This document shows positions 10,978-24,318 of a stretch of 64,000 bases of DNA, in pieces. A model generated the notes under the pieces. The model saw only the letters and a list, made by a program, of their open reading frames with translations, made no database searches and was not told the DNA's origin. This stretch comes from Podarcis gaigeae (Eukaryota). A program made the position numbers and the translations under genes. Position 1 is the first letter of the stretch. Each line of letters begins with the position of its first letter. The DNA lies in the NCBI GenBank assembly GCA_964106915.2, contig OZ066915.1, one strand, 5' to 3'.

Positions 10978-12053
10978 TCTTTGGGGGCAGGGCTCTGTGT
11001 TTTGTATAGCTTTCTTCTGTAAACTTCTCCATATGTCAAGAAATTGCAGGAAGACTATCTCTTTAAGTCATCTCTTTTGAGGCTTATCTACCCAAATATT
11101 TTGTTCTGGTCTACATTTGTTTCTCTAGTATTGCAGGTTTCTAAAAGCAGGTGTTAGTCCAAAGTGAACTGGCAAAACAGTTTGAATGGGAAGCTTGCAA
11201 ACTCCCTTCTGCCATTCAGACTTCCAGTCATTGTTCATTCTTTTCACAGGAGAAAATTGCTGTCATTTTCTCTTACATTCTTTCCCCAAATTGGCCAAGT
11301 TGCCATCTCTAGAAATGTCAGTTTGCAGAGGATATAGAAGAGAATGATGTAAAGTCTAAGGCGGAAGGCCCAGAATTCTTTCCCAGCTGCCCAATCAAAG
11401 CTTTTTTCTTGCAATTCAGTTGCTCACATGCTGGGCATTGGGCCTGTTAGACAGCATGATGCTCAAAACATGCACAGGCTGGCATTCCCCTTCTGGGAGT
11501 GGAGGGCAAGGGCACACTGTATCTGAAACTAGAAGGATGCAGTAGTCAATGAGCGTTGGGATGAGGACTGGCTTAAGAGGCAGCTCCTGCCCTGTGCTGC
11601 CCCATTCATTTATCAGACCAGAAACCATTGCACCCCAATAACCATTGGCGATTACAGAGAGGGGTTATCCAATTATCATTTTGCAGTTGAATAGAAATGG
11701 ATTTTTTTAAAAACCCAATTTGTATTATTTTCATAATATGTTGTCCCTTATTTAATAGAGATTGTTTGGCTTACACCTCACAATTGGTGTTAAGAGAGCA
11801 CCTTTAATTGTCTACCTTATGCTGTAGTGGTCTAGTGAAGACATTGGGTAATTCTGTCTGATTTTTTAATCTATTAATTGGAAGATTCAGTGAGTTGAAT
11901 AGATTCTGGGCACTCCAAGGCATCTTTGTGGTGAAGGGACACTTACCTAACCAGCCCTTCATGGCTGACAGGTGAGAGAGGTTATGGAAGGGGAGCTACC
12001 CTCAGTTCTGTGGCTGCCTAGCGAAGGGGCACTCAAATGGCTTCCAGCTTCTT

Positions 12054-12559
12054 CTTTTTTTAAAAAAAAAATGATATTTATTGAAATTTTACAGACAAAA
12101 TAAAATTACAGAATAAGAAAAGAAAAAGAAAAAAAATACAAAAATACAAAGAAAAATACAAAATACATGAAAAATAGAAAAAAACAGTTAAAAACAGATC
12201 AATCTTTTCGTGTCTTATATTTCATTTACTTGTTTCTCAGACCTCCTCGGACCTCCCTTTTTTGTATTCCAATTCAATATATTAGCTCAGCAGTTTCTTT
12301 CCCTCTTTATTCTACCCAAATCTTTAATCTTAAATTATTATAACCTTGAATTTTTACTTATAAAAAACCATTTTTTTCATATTTCTTTTATACCATTACA
12401 GCTAGAAACCACTTAATTTCATTCCAACATCATTCTAAGATTCATTAATTTTACAATGTCTCTGTAGATAGTCTTTAAATTTCTTCCAGTCTTCTTCCAC
12501 TGACTCTTCTCCCTGATCTCGGATCCTGCCAGTCATTTCCGCCAATTCCATGTAATCCA
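12054..12559 (-). mobile_element. Short 5'-truncated L1/Tx1 copy, related to 7306-8510
   Basis: 12475-12558 closely matches 7708-7795 (DYMELAEMTGRIRD..EEDWKKFK); candidate TSD GGCTTCCAGCTTCTT (12039-12053) / GGCTTACGGCTTCTT (12560-12574), 13/15. Confidence 0.85.
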
Positions 12560-12949
12560 GGCTTACGGCTTCTTAGCATATCTTTAAGCCCATCTTTTCT
12601 GCTTGAAAAAGCTTTGACTAAGGCTCCATTGCATGTATGGGGAAGTAGCAGTTTTAGAATCACGAACGGAAAAATAAATACATTAATTTCCCAACTTAGC
12701 AAGAATATGGGATTTATACAGATCATTGTTCAATAGTAGTGCAATGAGATTCAGGATTAAACACAAGCTTTAAAATGGGAATGGGAAATGATCTTTTTTG
12801 ATGCAAAGGCTTGTTAGATGAATGCACCATTTTATCTTATGCAGGAAAGAAGAGAAAATAAAATGCCGCAACTCTTCCTTGGATTGAATACTTCCAAATT
12901 CTGTGCAATCTCTTAACAGAATAGCTTAGGGGTGGAAATCAACAAATAC

Positions 12950-13125
12950 AAGACAGGACAGAATTTGAAAAGGTAATATGGAATTGCAAAGGATTTCTTT
13001 CAAATTTTTCTGTATTATTATTGAAATATGAAATGGAACTAGAAGAAAAGCCATTTATATGGTAAAATGGGTGCAAAACACGAGAGACAATACTTTCATG
13101 GAGACATGAGAAAGTCTGGAAAGAT
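12950..13125 (+). mobile_element. Old L1-clade ORF2 fragment
   Basis: Frameshifted translation LLLKYEMELEE..MVKWVQNTRDNTFMET.EKVWK aligns by eye to LLLKWNTQDETVKSAMIKWAQDIGYNIMFEDWERLW of the 7668-8471 ORF. Confidence 0.6.
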
Positions 13126-13405
13126 TGGAACTGGCCCAAGACATTTTACTGCCTGAGGTGAGGGACAAGATGGAAACTTCCCCCTTCCAACTCCATGTTC
13201 AGAAGCTGACTGGACTAGCAGTTGAAAAGTTACTTGAACACTGGCATTCTCTTTCACCACAACTGAGAGCAGCAGGCTAAACTATGGGATAGTGGCCAGA
13301 CTGTGTGGTACATACAGCTCCAACATCTTGCCGCTGTTTCCCGCTCCCTAGCACTTGCTGCCTGAGGCAGCTCCCTCACACTGCCTAATGGTAGGGCCAG
13401 CCCTG
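13126..13405. mobile_element. hAT MITE (CAGGGCTGGCCC-type termini)
   Basis: Right end GGGCCAGCCCTG with internal TGCCTGAGGCAGC; same family as 20439-20687 in opposite orientation. Confidence 0.65.
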
Positions 13406-13621
13406 ACAAACATCATAAATTATCACTAACTCTGGCAATTAAAAACAACAACAATGTTACAATGTTTTGACAAGAAGACAAGACATACTTTCCATTTATT
13501 TTGCTTATAACTGGAGTTATCAAAAATGCTGGAAATGTCAAAAGCAAATAGGGGACTTCATATTTTGTGGGAATGTGGGATGGTGGTGGGGGAAGAGCCA
13601 TATGCAAAATACATGCAAGTA

Positions 13622-13790
13622 CATAGGAACACAGGAAACTGCCTTTGACAGAGCCAGACCATTGCTCTATCTAGCTCATCACTGTTTATATTGACTAGCA
13701 GAGGCTCTTAGGGACTGCATTCAGGAGACTCTGCCAGCTCTACCTTGGTATGCCGAAGATTGAACCTGGGCCCCTGTATCGCTGTGGTAT
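13622..13790 (-). mobile_element. Old tRNA-head SINE remnant (Squam3-like)
   Basis: CATAGGAAC..GAAACTGCCTT tail and GATTGAACCTGGG (reverse-complement B-box). Similar remnants at about 19250-19350, 43670-43760 and 44670-44850. Confidence 0.5.
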
Positions 13791-16700
13791 CTCTTTACTG
13801 GAAATGTACAATAAAGGAATGAATTTAATCCACATAGACAAAAGTGAGCAGGCAAGGACAAGCACAGGCCAGTCAGCAGATTTGTTTGGTTCCTAGAGCA
13901 GAGTCCCCCATGGCAGGTAGACATCAGAAGAGGTTTGTTTTCACTTCTCGCCTAAAGTTCAAGGACCTGCACAGCTGGTTTTGTTAGCCAGTTGTTAACA
14001 TGTTTTCTGTTCATTGCAGAGTTTTGAAAGTAATAATATTGTTGCCCATTTATTCCACAAAACACCTTGCACCATCATTCCTGTTAGGAGGCCAACCCTG
14101 TAGCAAAACAGGACCAAGAAGCAGAATTGGCCTTGCAGGAAATACTGGATGCCAAGATTAAAGGCCTTTGATGCAATTCTGAAGAGAAAAAATTAATCTC
14201 CTCCCTCCTGATTTTACCTATCTCTGCCTCAGAGAAACCTTGGGAATTAATTATAAATGCTGTCTCCCACTTCATGAAACTGAATGCTTGAACATATGGT
14301 GCAGGTGTTACTAAGATAACACCTAAAATAAAGTTTCTTGAATTCCTGTCAGCCTGGCTTCTGGTGTAGTTTTTGAAACTGTTCTTTTAACCATTGTCTA
14401 GATAAGTGGATGCATAACCAATTTATCCCAATTAACCAGGGTTCAAGGTGTCAGGATATCATTCCAGATATATAAATAAAAATACTTAGTCACATATACA
14501 TTATGAGTGAAAAGTTCTTTGCCATGCAGTCCAGAACCACAGAATGCTTACCAGGGCATAACTTTTATTTGCACAACAAGATAGAGGTTAATATGCATTT
14601 TCCGACTAGTAATAATATAAACCATGGGTAAAATTGCAAACTGATCTTTTTTTACCTGGAGCCAAGGTGAACCTTAAGACTGTCATCTCCTTTTATGGTG
14701 GAAGGGGGTTGTGATAATTTGTACCCACTGAATAGAACCAGATTTATAGATGTTTATCTGGTCCAACTGCTACATTCACAAATGAGTCTGACAGCCACTT
14801 TTGCCTGTTCTGTTTGCACAGCAGCATTGTTAATCTTTACTTATGATACATTTACTATTTAATAATACCCTTTGATTATGAGTTAATGTAACTGCTATTT
14901 AAGAAATAATGCATGCTAACGCCTTTCTACACAATTTGATGCCTCTCTGATTCCATAATTGCCAGTTTCCAAGGATATTATGCCACAAAACCTGAAGAAA
15001 TAATTGCTTGTTTCATTGCAGACAATACATTTCAGAGATGCATAGAGCTTAACTGGCAGATTTGTAACAGTGTTGTAAAGGCAAAACGAAAAGAAATGCT
15101 AAATGTGGAGTAAGATTGGGCTATGTAAACGTGCATAGCAACAGCAGCCAAACCTGTTGCAAGGGTAAGATTTATTTTATGCAAATGCTGTTTAGAAAGT
15201 TTCATGCCTGAGGAAAGGCTGTTTCACACCAGCAGTGCGTGCCAACATGGAGGACAACAAAAATGCAAAACTGGTTTCTGAAAAATAGGGTACATTGGAA
15301 TATGCAACCGCTCAACTATAATTATTCTTATTTGTTGTTTACTATAGAGGTACTGAAGTTTAGATGAACAACAGCAGGTTTTTGTGTAGGCTTGTTTTCT
15401 TAAGTTCACAACTGCAAAATGAATGAGTGCTTTCAAGTATTCATTTCTAAATACTGTTTTGAGGACTGGGTACCCTAAGCAAAAGCTTGTGTTTAAATCA
15501 TTTTGAAATCCATGCAAGTAACAGGACAATTCATCCCTATACCTGCCTATTCAGAAACAACTCCCTCACAGTCACAGTATACATTCATGTGAACCATAAA
15601 ATAGCTACCAATGGAAATATTTCAGTCAATGTTTTAACTATGGCAACGGACTAATGAAACAGCACTAAGGTCTGTTAGTAATTGTATTCCAAAAGAAAGA
15701 GACATGAGTTAATGTCCCCAAGTGCCAGAACTACTTGTTCCCATTTGTAATTGGTGTGTCAGAGGCCCATAGCAGGAGGTGATGTACTGTATATATCATT
15801 GTCTACCTTGACTTATTAATAAGGTCTCTCAGTGGTCTGACTGAAGATTGACTCATCATCAGAATAAATTCCCAGATGCCAATTGGGCAAGTTCAAACAA
15901 GTCATGGGTATTGTAATTCAAGTCTGAGTATAGACTACCTGGCTAAATTAAAACAGCAAGCTGGGAATCTTCTTAATTAAAATAACAACTTTTGACATTT
16001 TAGTCCAGCCATACATATGCGACATATACAGACAATAAATCATGCCTTTTAAGAGAATTGTGGTCGCAAATGTGCAACATTTGATGAGAAATGAGCCTCA
16101 CTTCCCCATTATGGAATATAGACGGTGACATTGAGGATGTGTGAACTTGAAAGAAACTCATTTGGAGAATGGATTTAAAACAAAAAACAAACCCTTCCAT
16201 ATGTGTGTGAGTACCTGTCACTCTGTATGTAATATGTCTGTTTGTGTGATAAAGAATGAATCAATCTGATTATCAGGTGGCTTAGAGAACTAACAATAAA
16301 AGGCCATTTTAATAACCTGGGAAACAGGTCTGGCTTTATCAGAAAGCACTGGTTAAGAGAAATCTGCTCTGCAGGAAAATGTTGGGAATGGTTCCTATGT
16401 GGCTCTGCAGATGTTGTTGGACTCTTACTCCCCTCAGCTGCAGCCAGCATGGCCAGCAGTCTGGGATAATGAGAGGAGAACTCCAATAACATCTGGAAGT
16501 CCACAGCTTCCCAATCTCTACACTAAAAGAAAGCTTTCCTTCTCTTAACTTTGTCTTCTACTTCTGCTCATCCCTTTCTTGTATAATTCTTGTCCCTAAT
16601 TGATGCTTTTTGCAACTCTCGTTAGTCTTTTATATGCATTCTGCTATTAGAAACATTCTCTACTTTGTTCAAATAGAAATATTTATTATTATATATGAAT

Positions 16701-19024
16701 AAAGTTGCAGTCCTATACCCACTTACCTTCGAGTATGAGTCACTGAATTCAGTGGGACTTACTTCTGAAAGGATATTTATATGAAATCCTAATCCCACGT
16801 ACATGAGAGAAAGTCTCATGAACTCATGAACTTCTGAGTAGACATTAATTAGCTGGTACGGACAGTATCTTGTAACAATGTTTTACATTTTACTCCTTAT
16901 ACTGGAAGGACCTGGTTTTCTAAAATTGTCCAATTTGCATACAGCATCCACATGTCCTTGGTTAAATATTTCCTCTTAGAATTCAAATCCTTTGCAATTA
17001 CTTGAATAACTCCCCTTATATTGATGATTTCTCATCTATAGGGGTGGAGAACCTATGGACCTCCAGATATTTTGGGGACTCTAGCACCCATCAACCCTGC
17101 CCATTCAGTTGAGGACATCACTGCAAATGAAAGCTTGCGTTCATATGATAATGTATTCCATGAGTCACAGCCTTACTGGAGCGTCTCAAAGTTGCCATTT
17201 ATCTTTCACCCAAAGATCACAGGGCAGTTCACAACATAAAAATATAAAATGAGAAAATAAAATACATAATAAAAAAGCTTGTGCGTATAGAAAGTGTACT
17301 GAAAGGATTTTGAAACTGTCTATAAAAAGAGTATAGTCCTAGGGATGTGACAGATTGTTACTTCTTTTCAATTCAGTAGTCTATTCTTCCAGATATGTTC
17401 TTGTTCATAAAATATACATTATAAGAAAAATCAGTCGGTAAAGAATGGTAACTTGCCTGTACTTTTTACAAAACTGGCTTGGTAATGACAGTGTCATTGC
17501 ATTAGCAGCACTCATAATTGCCACCTTCATCACAAGGGAAATAATGTAATTCTAAGTCTGTTCACTCCAGCCAGCTAATACAAGTCTCACATTTTTTTTC
17601 CTATAGATGCTATGGTAACCAAAAAATATTCTACCCAGCCATTTGTTCTTCATAAAGAAAAGCTGCTGATTAATATTTAGGTTACAAATAGCTCAATTGA
17701 AATGTCCTTGTGCAACACTTTCAAGTTTTCATTACTGGCACCTGCTGTAATTGCATACATTGTGACTTCTGATAGAAGGGTATGCTTTTATAGCTATCAG
17801 CTTTGAAATGGAGCACAAAAGACATTTCCTACAATTTCCCTAAGGAATTGTGTGCTTTAAAGCTGCATTCTTCAAAACAGATTTACCCTTGCTTCTACCC
17901 TCCTACTTATAAGAAATCCTGGTCCCTACTATATTCAAAGCATTTTTATTTCATTTGCTAGAACTCAAGGCCAAAACAAAGGCTCAAAGTAGGTGACAAT
18001 CACATACACACATTCCAAGATCCAATTGACTTCAGAGGTCTCCGCTTCTTTTATAGGGACAGCAGAAGAATTTTGTCTCTGTGTTCTGGTAATGGCAAGA
18101 TTTTTTATGGGGCCAGTTATGGAATGGATCTACCACAGTCACTGAGGTGAGGAGCTACCATCTAACACATTTATTAAAAAGAGAAGGCTTTGAAAACTAG
18201 AAATCTACAAGAATTTTTCACACAGCCACCATGAGGAACATCCCTGAAATCTCCTTGGTTTTTTTTTACATATTCATTGACATAGGGAAAAGGAGAATTC
18301 TAAGGTATTTGTTTGGATGAGCTCGAAAATGTATGTGGCAAGAGTCGCCTGCCCTTCAACACAAAATACTTACCACATTCATATAACATAATTGTTCTTC
18401 ATTTGGAATTTTCTGAAATTGGGTTGGACCATTCCTTTCACAAAGTTGACTTTCAGTGCCAGATGTCATATGTATAGTACAAATCGTCTTGATTATATGA
18501 TTGGTAGAAATGCTTATGTTTTATGATGCTGCAAAAGCCAACGGCTTTAACTATATTACCATCTTCACGGCTGATTTATTTCATTGCATCTTTCTTTCCA
18601 CTTCTCAGGGAAACCCCTTGTCAAGATTCAACCCCCCCTCCACTTCTCTACTTCTCTGAGCACGATGCAAATCTTATGTGCATGACTCTAATGTATTAAC
18701 AAATTTATTTTAAAAATGTTCAAAGTCTATTATAATTGTTTACATCTTGAAAGTGGCTGATGTCTCATTACCAGTCTTCACAGTGACACAGAAAGCAACA
18801 AACAAGGGTGGCATTTTCTTTTATACAAGAGCAAGATCTCAGAAGCTTGTTAAACCCATAGCAATTGGACAGAGCAGTCCAGTGGGTTGTTTATATTAGT
18901 AGGAAAAGGGAAGAGATCTGCTGGCCCAGACAGGAGATTTTTGTTGGAATTTGTTGGTCTCCCGAGATAGACATTTTTTTTTACAGTATTGGGAGGGGAG
19001 GGCAGCTGGTCTTATGCCTCTAGC

Positions 19025-19199
19025 CAGTGCTTTTTTTCCTAAAAAAATGTTTAGGGGTACTCTCATTTAGACTCAAGAAAATCACCATTTTATAGTTCAA
19101 ATCGGGAAAAATAAATATAGTAAATGGACAAAAGTACAAAGATTCACAAAATGTTTAGGGGTATGCGTACCCCTGTGTACCCCCAGAAGAAAAGCAATA
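19025..19199. mobile_element. hAT MITE (CAGTGCTTTTT termini)
   Basis: TSD CCTCTAGC (19017-19024) / CTTCTAGC (19200-19207), 7/8; internal repeat AAAATGTTTAGGGGTA x2. Related element at 45501-45632. Confidence 0.8.
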
Positions 19200-20438
19200 C
19201 TTCTAGCCCAGTATTGTTTGACACCTTGGTGCATGATGGCTCTCAGACATCTCAGGCAGAAACCTTCCTGACTCTGCCTCCTGAGATCCTTTTAACTAAT
19301 TAAAACTAGGACTTGGCTGCATGCAAAACATGTACCCTGACCCTGAGCTACAGTACCTCACCATATTGTGCATTAATTATTTCTTCCTCCCCAAGTCATA
19401 AAAAAAGCCCAAACATAGAAAAACATAGAAACATAGAAAAAGTTATATTCAATGTCACTGCAAGTGCTTTTTTTTCTTAGAAAACCTTTGATAAACAGCC
19501 TTGAAATAATGTTTCAAGCTCTTTTCAGAAAAGAAAAAAAATGAAATGTGGTGTCAGCTGATAAGAGCAAGCAAGCAAGAGGGAAAATCAATATATGTTT
19601 TATAACAGTATTCAAAGGCCCTAAGGTGAAACTCTCCACGGCATTTAGTTATACATCAGTATGAAGAAGCCATTTAAGATGCAATAAAATCTCAACTTTG
19701 AACCCTTCCCATAATGCTTCAAGGACATGACTAACACTAAACGATAGCATTACAAAAGAAGGGATCAGAATGTGAAGTGTGCTTGTAACAATATGAAAGA
19801 GCACTTAAATGTCATATATTTATTTAAACTGAGATGGATATAGAGATGTTGAATAATGGACAGAGGTGCTGGATAAAAGCTCTTAGCTTTGGAATAATGT
19901 TTCCTATTGGTTTTCTTCTTCAGTAGAATTCCACTTAAGTGAAGTAGGGAGAAGTATGGTAAAAGGGGTACTGCCCAACCAATCTCAATTGGCCTTCAGA
20001 CATCCCTCAGCTTTCCTACTTACAATCCAGCAGGTGGAACTACCTGCAGTTTCCTCCCTTTTAGTCTCAATGTTGCTATTATAGAACTCAGAAGGAAGGA
20101 GTTCTATAATAAGTTGGCTCTGCTTGTTGCTGCCTCTGGCTCCACCTACTCTTGGTCTTCCTTCCTTTCATAGCACCAGTATAAATGGTCACCTGTGACT
20201 ACTGAGCATGCTCAGTGATGTTCTTGCTGAGTGCCCAGTGCCCACAGCAGAAAACAGAGGCACATTTGTAAGCTTGACGCCACATTCATTGACTTCTAGC
20301 AGGCTGTTCTAGGTTTGTAGGTTGCTCCCATTGCTTGCTTCAGAGCATTAGCTCTATTGAGGAGCACCAAGGACCACTCTTCTGGTTTGCTTATATCACC
20401 CATAGCCTCTTGATTTATGACCATCACACAGGGAGGAT

Positions 20439-20687
20439 CAGGGCTGGTCCTACTATTTGACAGAGTAAGGCAGCTGCCTCAGGTAACACATGCTGAGGAG
20501 TGGGGAGAACAGAGCTGTGCAGGCCATTCAGCCTGCCCACAATCCCCTAAGCTAGCCTGCTTCCCTCAGCTGCAGTGGATGAGACACTGTCCCATTGTCA
20601 GCCAGTGTTGAAGTCAGATTCAGCTGCCAGTCTGGTCGACTTCTGTAAATGGGCACCATCTTGTCCTTAGTTTAAATCCTGGTCCTG
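20439..20687. mobile_element. hAT MITE
   Basis: CAGGGCTGG...CTGGTCCTG termini; TSD GGGAGGAT / AGGAGGAT, 7/8. Confidence 0.75.
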
Positions 20688-22549
20688 AGGAGGATTGCTT
20701 GAAATCCATCTGAATTAAAGTTCAACCACTGTTTTTGTCATCTATGCCAAGATCCAGGAAAGCTAAGTGTATACACAGGAGGGAACCTTGAGCACATTGT
20801 TTGGTGAGTAGAGACAAGCGATGTGAATGTTCGGGTTGCCATGTGTCCTCTTTTTCCAAGACACATACTCTTTCAGGGGTAAAATTTCTGCCCGGATGGT
20901 GTTTTCTAATTTGCCAAAATGTCTCTGGCTATACTTTCTGGATGTGCCATAACTTGGTGGTTGAAGACTTGCTTTCCTCTTCTCTTCTCCAGCAATATAT
21001 CACAGCTTCTATAGACTACATATAGGAGGGGTATTTAAAATGAAAGTTGTCATAGCGTCCTCTTTTTTGCTCTTCAAAATATGGCAACCCTAGAAAGTGT
21101 TAGTGGGGTGAGTCCTGCATATTGTGAGCCAGGATGTACCTTGGCAAGACGAAGGAAAGGATGCTCAACTCTTAAGACTTTTTGAAAATTGTGATGTTAT
21201 GATTTTGCATTGGGTTAATGTTTTTAATATTGCTATACACTTAGAGATTGCCTTGGTATTAAGCAGTATATAAATATATGAAATAAATAAATAAAGTAGC
21301 AAAAGGAGAAGCAAAGTTTCTATGCCCAGAGATTCTGCTTGGAGTGGCAGCACCACAGAAGGGTCTAAAATCACATGTTCGCTGGCACAGGCTCCTTTTT
21401 GTTACATAAATGCTTTTAACACTGTCTATCTGTATGTGACTGAAAATACCAGAGAGGATAATCTTGCATTGACAATGAGTATGCCAAAGACTTTTATCAT
21501 GCTAATATTCCTATTTGTTACTCCCTTATACTAGGTGCTTTGAAAAGCTGTAAAACCATAGCAGAAGAGACAGAAGTGAGTGTTCCAATCATTGCATCCA
21601 AAATAGTTTTTAAAGCCTTATCTATTTTTGCTGGAGCAACTTGTTCTTGACCTCAAAGTCTGTCTAAGTGTGGCAACAGATTGTGTAGCAGACTGAGTGA
21701 TAGAGCGGCCTTTCAACTGTTGTGATTAGGGATGAGGGAAGCATTTTAAAGGTTTGCTATATAAGATGAAAGTAACCTATGGGTTTCTCCTCCCATATGC
21801 ACACCATACTGAATATTCCTCAGGAATCATGTCTCAGTGGGTTTCTTCCAGCTTCCATACATTTACCAATGCAAGAGACCCACACAAGTCATGGATCAAG
21901 ATATGAACCTGAACACTGTCTGACTCCACAAACACACTCCAAATGGTGAGCTATTTAAAGATAACCTCTTTCATTCATTAAAGCATATTTTGATTGTCTC
22001 ATATCGTTCTGTGGCTCTTTCTCATGATGTCACTATGCTAGTCTAGACCAGCGACAGCAGTATAGTCTATTATTCCTGCTTTTTTATTTTTGTTTTGGAT
22101 TGGTGAATGTTGGGAGATAGAACCCAGTTATGGACACTGTGTCAAAGGTCTACTGAAGTTTGCCACTAGTCCTGCAACCCCTGTTTTTTATCTCTTGTGC
22201 TTCCCTTGGAAAAAAATAATAGTACATGGATTATCAAGTGGATTACCTTCACAGATGGGTTTAAGATCTATAGAACACAGAAAAAATGTTTGGATGGTAT
22301 AACTTCAGTGATATTAAAGAAACCAGGAATCATAAAAGTGGGTCAGTTCAATCAGCATTTCCCTTTGGTTTAGTTATGCTGCTTACTCAAACAAAAAACT
22401 TTTAGCAGGTTATGAAAACAGTACAGCAAAGGGGCCTGCCTAATAGTAGCAGAGCAGGGAGTTCCAAAGACTGGACGCTGCCACACTAAAGGGTTAATTT
22501 CTTGCAAGTGCAGAATGAACATTACACACCACTAGTAGAAGTACCAGTA

Positions 22550-23350
22550 GAAGTGGGTACATATGGAGTGAGGTGATCCTTCAGGTAAAGTGGTCACAAG
22601 TTGTTGAGGGTTCTATATATCAATTGTTGTTGTTGTTTAGTCGTTTAGTCGTGTCCGACTCTTCGTGACCCCATGGACCAGAGCACACCAGGCACTCCTG
22701 TCTTCCACTGCCTCCTCCAATAGTGACACCTTAAATTTGGCCTGGTGACAGATTGGCAGCCAGTGCCAATTTCTGAGCGGAGGGGTGCTATATGCTAGCA
22801 GGGTTTCACTCCTGTCATCGAATGTGCTGCGGCATTCTGCATTAATTGGGCCAAATGCAAGGTGAGCCCCATATAGATTGTGTTGTGTTGAATTATTTGT
22901 GTTTGAGCTACCAATGCCTGAGCTACTATGGTCAAGCTCTCCCAGTCCAGGAATGGTCACTGCTTTAGCCAAAGTTGATCAAAGGGGTTCCTAGACATTA
23001 GAGCTACTTAAGCCTCCAGTGACAAAGCTGAATCCAGAAGCAAACCTGCTCCTTCAGGACAGGCAACTGGCCAATTTCTTTGACATGGTATTGCTCAACC
23101 ACAGTGCCTCTGTCTTGCTGGGATTCAGGGTCAGCTTATTCTATCCTTGCTCTATGGGTGGTCCAGGGCCTGCACAGTCTCTCCTGATTCAGATGTTACG
23201 GAGAAATAGATCCATCAGCATCCTGATGGCACCTTGCCCCAAAGCTCCTAATGATCACTCCCAATGGCTCCATGTAGAAGTTAAATAGCAATGACGGTAA
23301 AATGGCGCTCTGTGGCACCCCATAGCATAACCACTCTCCCAATGTTACTT
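22550..23350 (-). mobile_element. Old L2-clade ORF2 fragment
   Basis: Minus-strand translation contains HWLPICHQAKFKV, the L2 motif LHWLP..R..FK. Related old copy at about 62510-62830. Confidence 0.65.
22625..22715 (-). mobile_element. RTE-BovB 3' terminal fragment with (CAA)n tail, inserted in L2
   Basis: GTTGTTGTTTAGTCGTTTAGTCGTGTCCGACTCTTCGTGACCCCATGGAC; translates AWCALVHGVTKSRTRLND, the BovB ORF end. Confidence 0.88.
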
Positions 23351-23369
23351 TCTGGACATGGCCACATAG

Positions 23370-24318
23370 TAGTAATAATATTATAACAATAATTTATTAT
23401 TTATACCCTGCCCATCTGGTTGGGTTTCCCCAGCCACTCTGGACAGCTTCCAACAAAATATTAAAATACAATAATTAATCAAAGATTAAAAGCTTCCCTA
23501 AACAGGGCTGCCTTCAGATGTCTTCTAAAAGTCAGATAGTTGTTTATTTCCTTGACATCTGATGGGAGGGTGTTCCACAGGGTGGGCACCACTATCGAGA
23601 AGGCCCTCTGCCTGGTTTCCTGTAACTTCGCTTCTCACAGTGAAGGAACTGACAGAAGGCCCTCGGAGCTGGACCTCAGAGTCCAAGCTGAACGATGGGG
23701 GTGGAGATGCTTCTTCAGGTATAAAAGGTAAAGGTACCCCTGCCCGTACGGGCCAGTCTTGACAGACTCTGGGGTTGTGCGCCCATCTCACTTAAGAGGC
23801 CAGGGGCCAGCGCTGTCCGGAGACACTTCCGGGTCACGTGGCCAGCGTGACATCGCTGCTCTGGCGAGCCAGAGCTGCGCACGGAAACGCCGTTTACCTT
23901 CCCGCTGGTAAGCGGTCCCTATTTATCTACTTGCACCCGGAGGTGCTTTCGAACTGCTAGGTTGGCAGGCGCTGGGACCGAGCAGCGGGAGCGCACCCCG
24001 CCGCAGGGATTCGAACCGCCGACCTTTCGATCGGCAAGTCCTGGGCTTTAAAGGTCAGACTAACACTTTGAATTGTGCTTGGAAACCTACTGGGAGCCAA
24101 TGTAGGTTTTTCAAGGCCACTGTTAAGTGGTCTCGGTGGCCACTCCCAGTCACCAGTCTAGCTGCTGCATTCTGGAGTAGTTGTAGTTTCTGTGTCACCT
24201 TCAAAGGTAGCCACATGTAGAGTACATTGCAGTAGTCCAGGTGGGTGATAACCAGAGAATGCACCACTCTAGCAAGACAGTCTGTGGGCAGGTAGGGTCT
24301 CAGCCTGTGTACCAGATA
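23370..24318 (-). mobile_element. L2-clade LINE 3' portion with AAT-rich tail, split by a Sauria SINE
   Basis: RLRPYL...LDYCNVLY..LPLK..QKLQLLQNAAARLVTG..DH.T..LKNLHWLPV...FKVLV; tail ATAATAA..TTTATACCC; matching tail copy at 56330-56455. Confidence 0.88.
23724..24042 (-). mobile_element. 5'-truncated Sauria SINE, CpG-rich and young
   Basis: AAAGGTAAAGG tail, CCTATTTATCTACTTGCAC, TTCGAACTGCTAGGTTGGC, GGATTCGAACC B-box. Confidence 0.9.

Noticed and set aside
20077-20111. FRT/loxP-like 13-spacer-13 site
   Set aside because: The spacer is 9 nt rather than 8, and the arms are oriented opposite to FRT with only superficial similarity.
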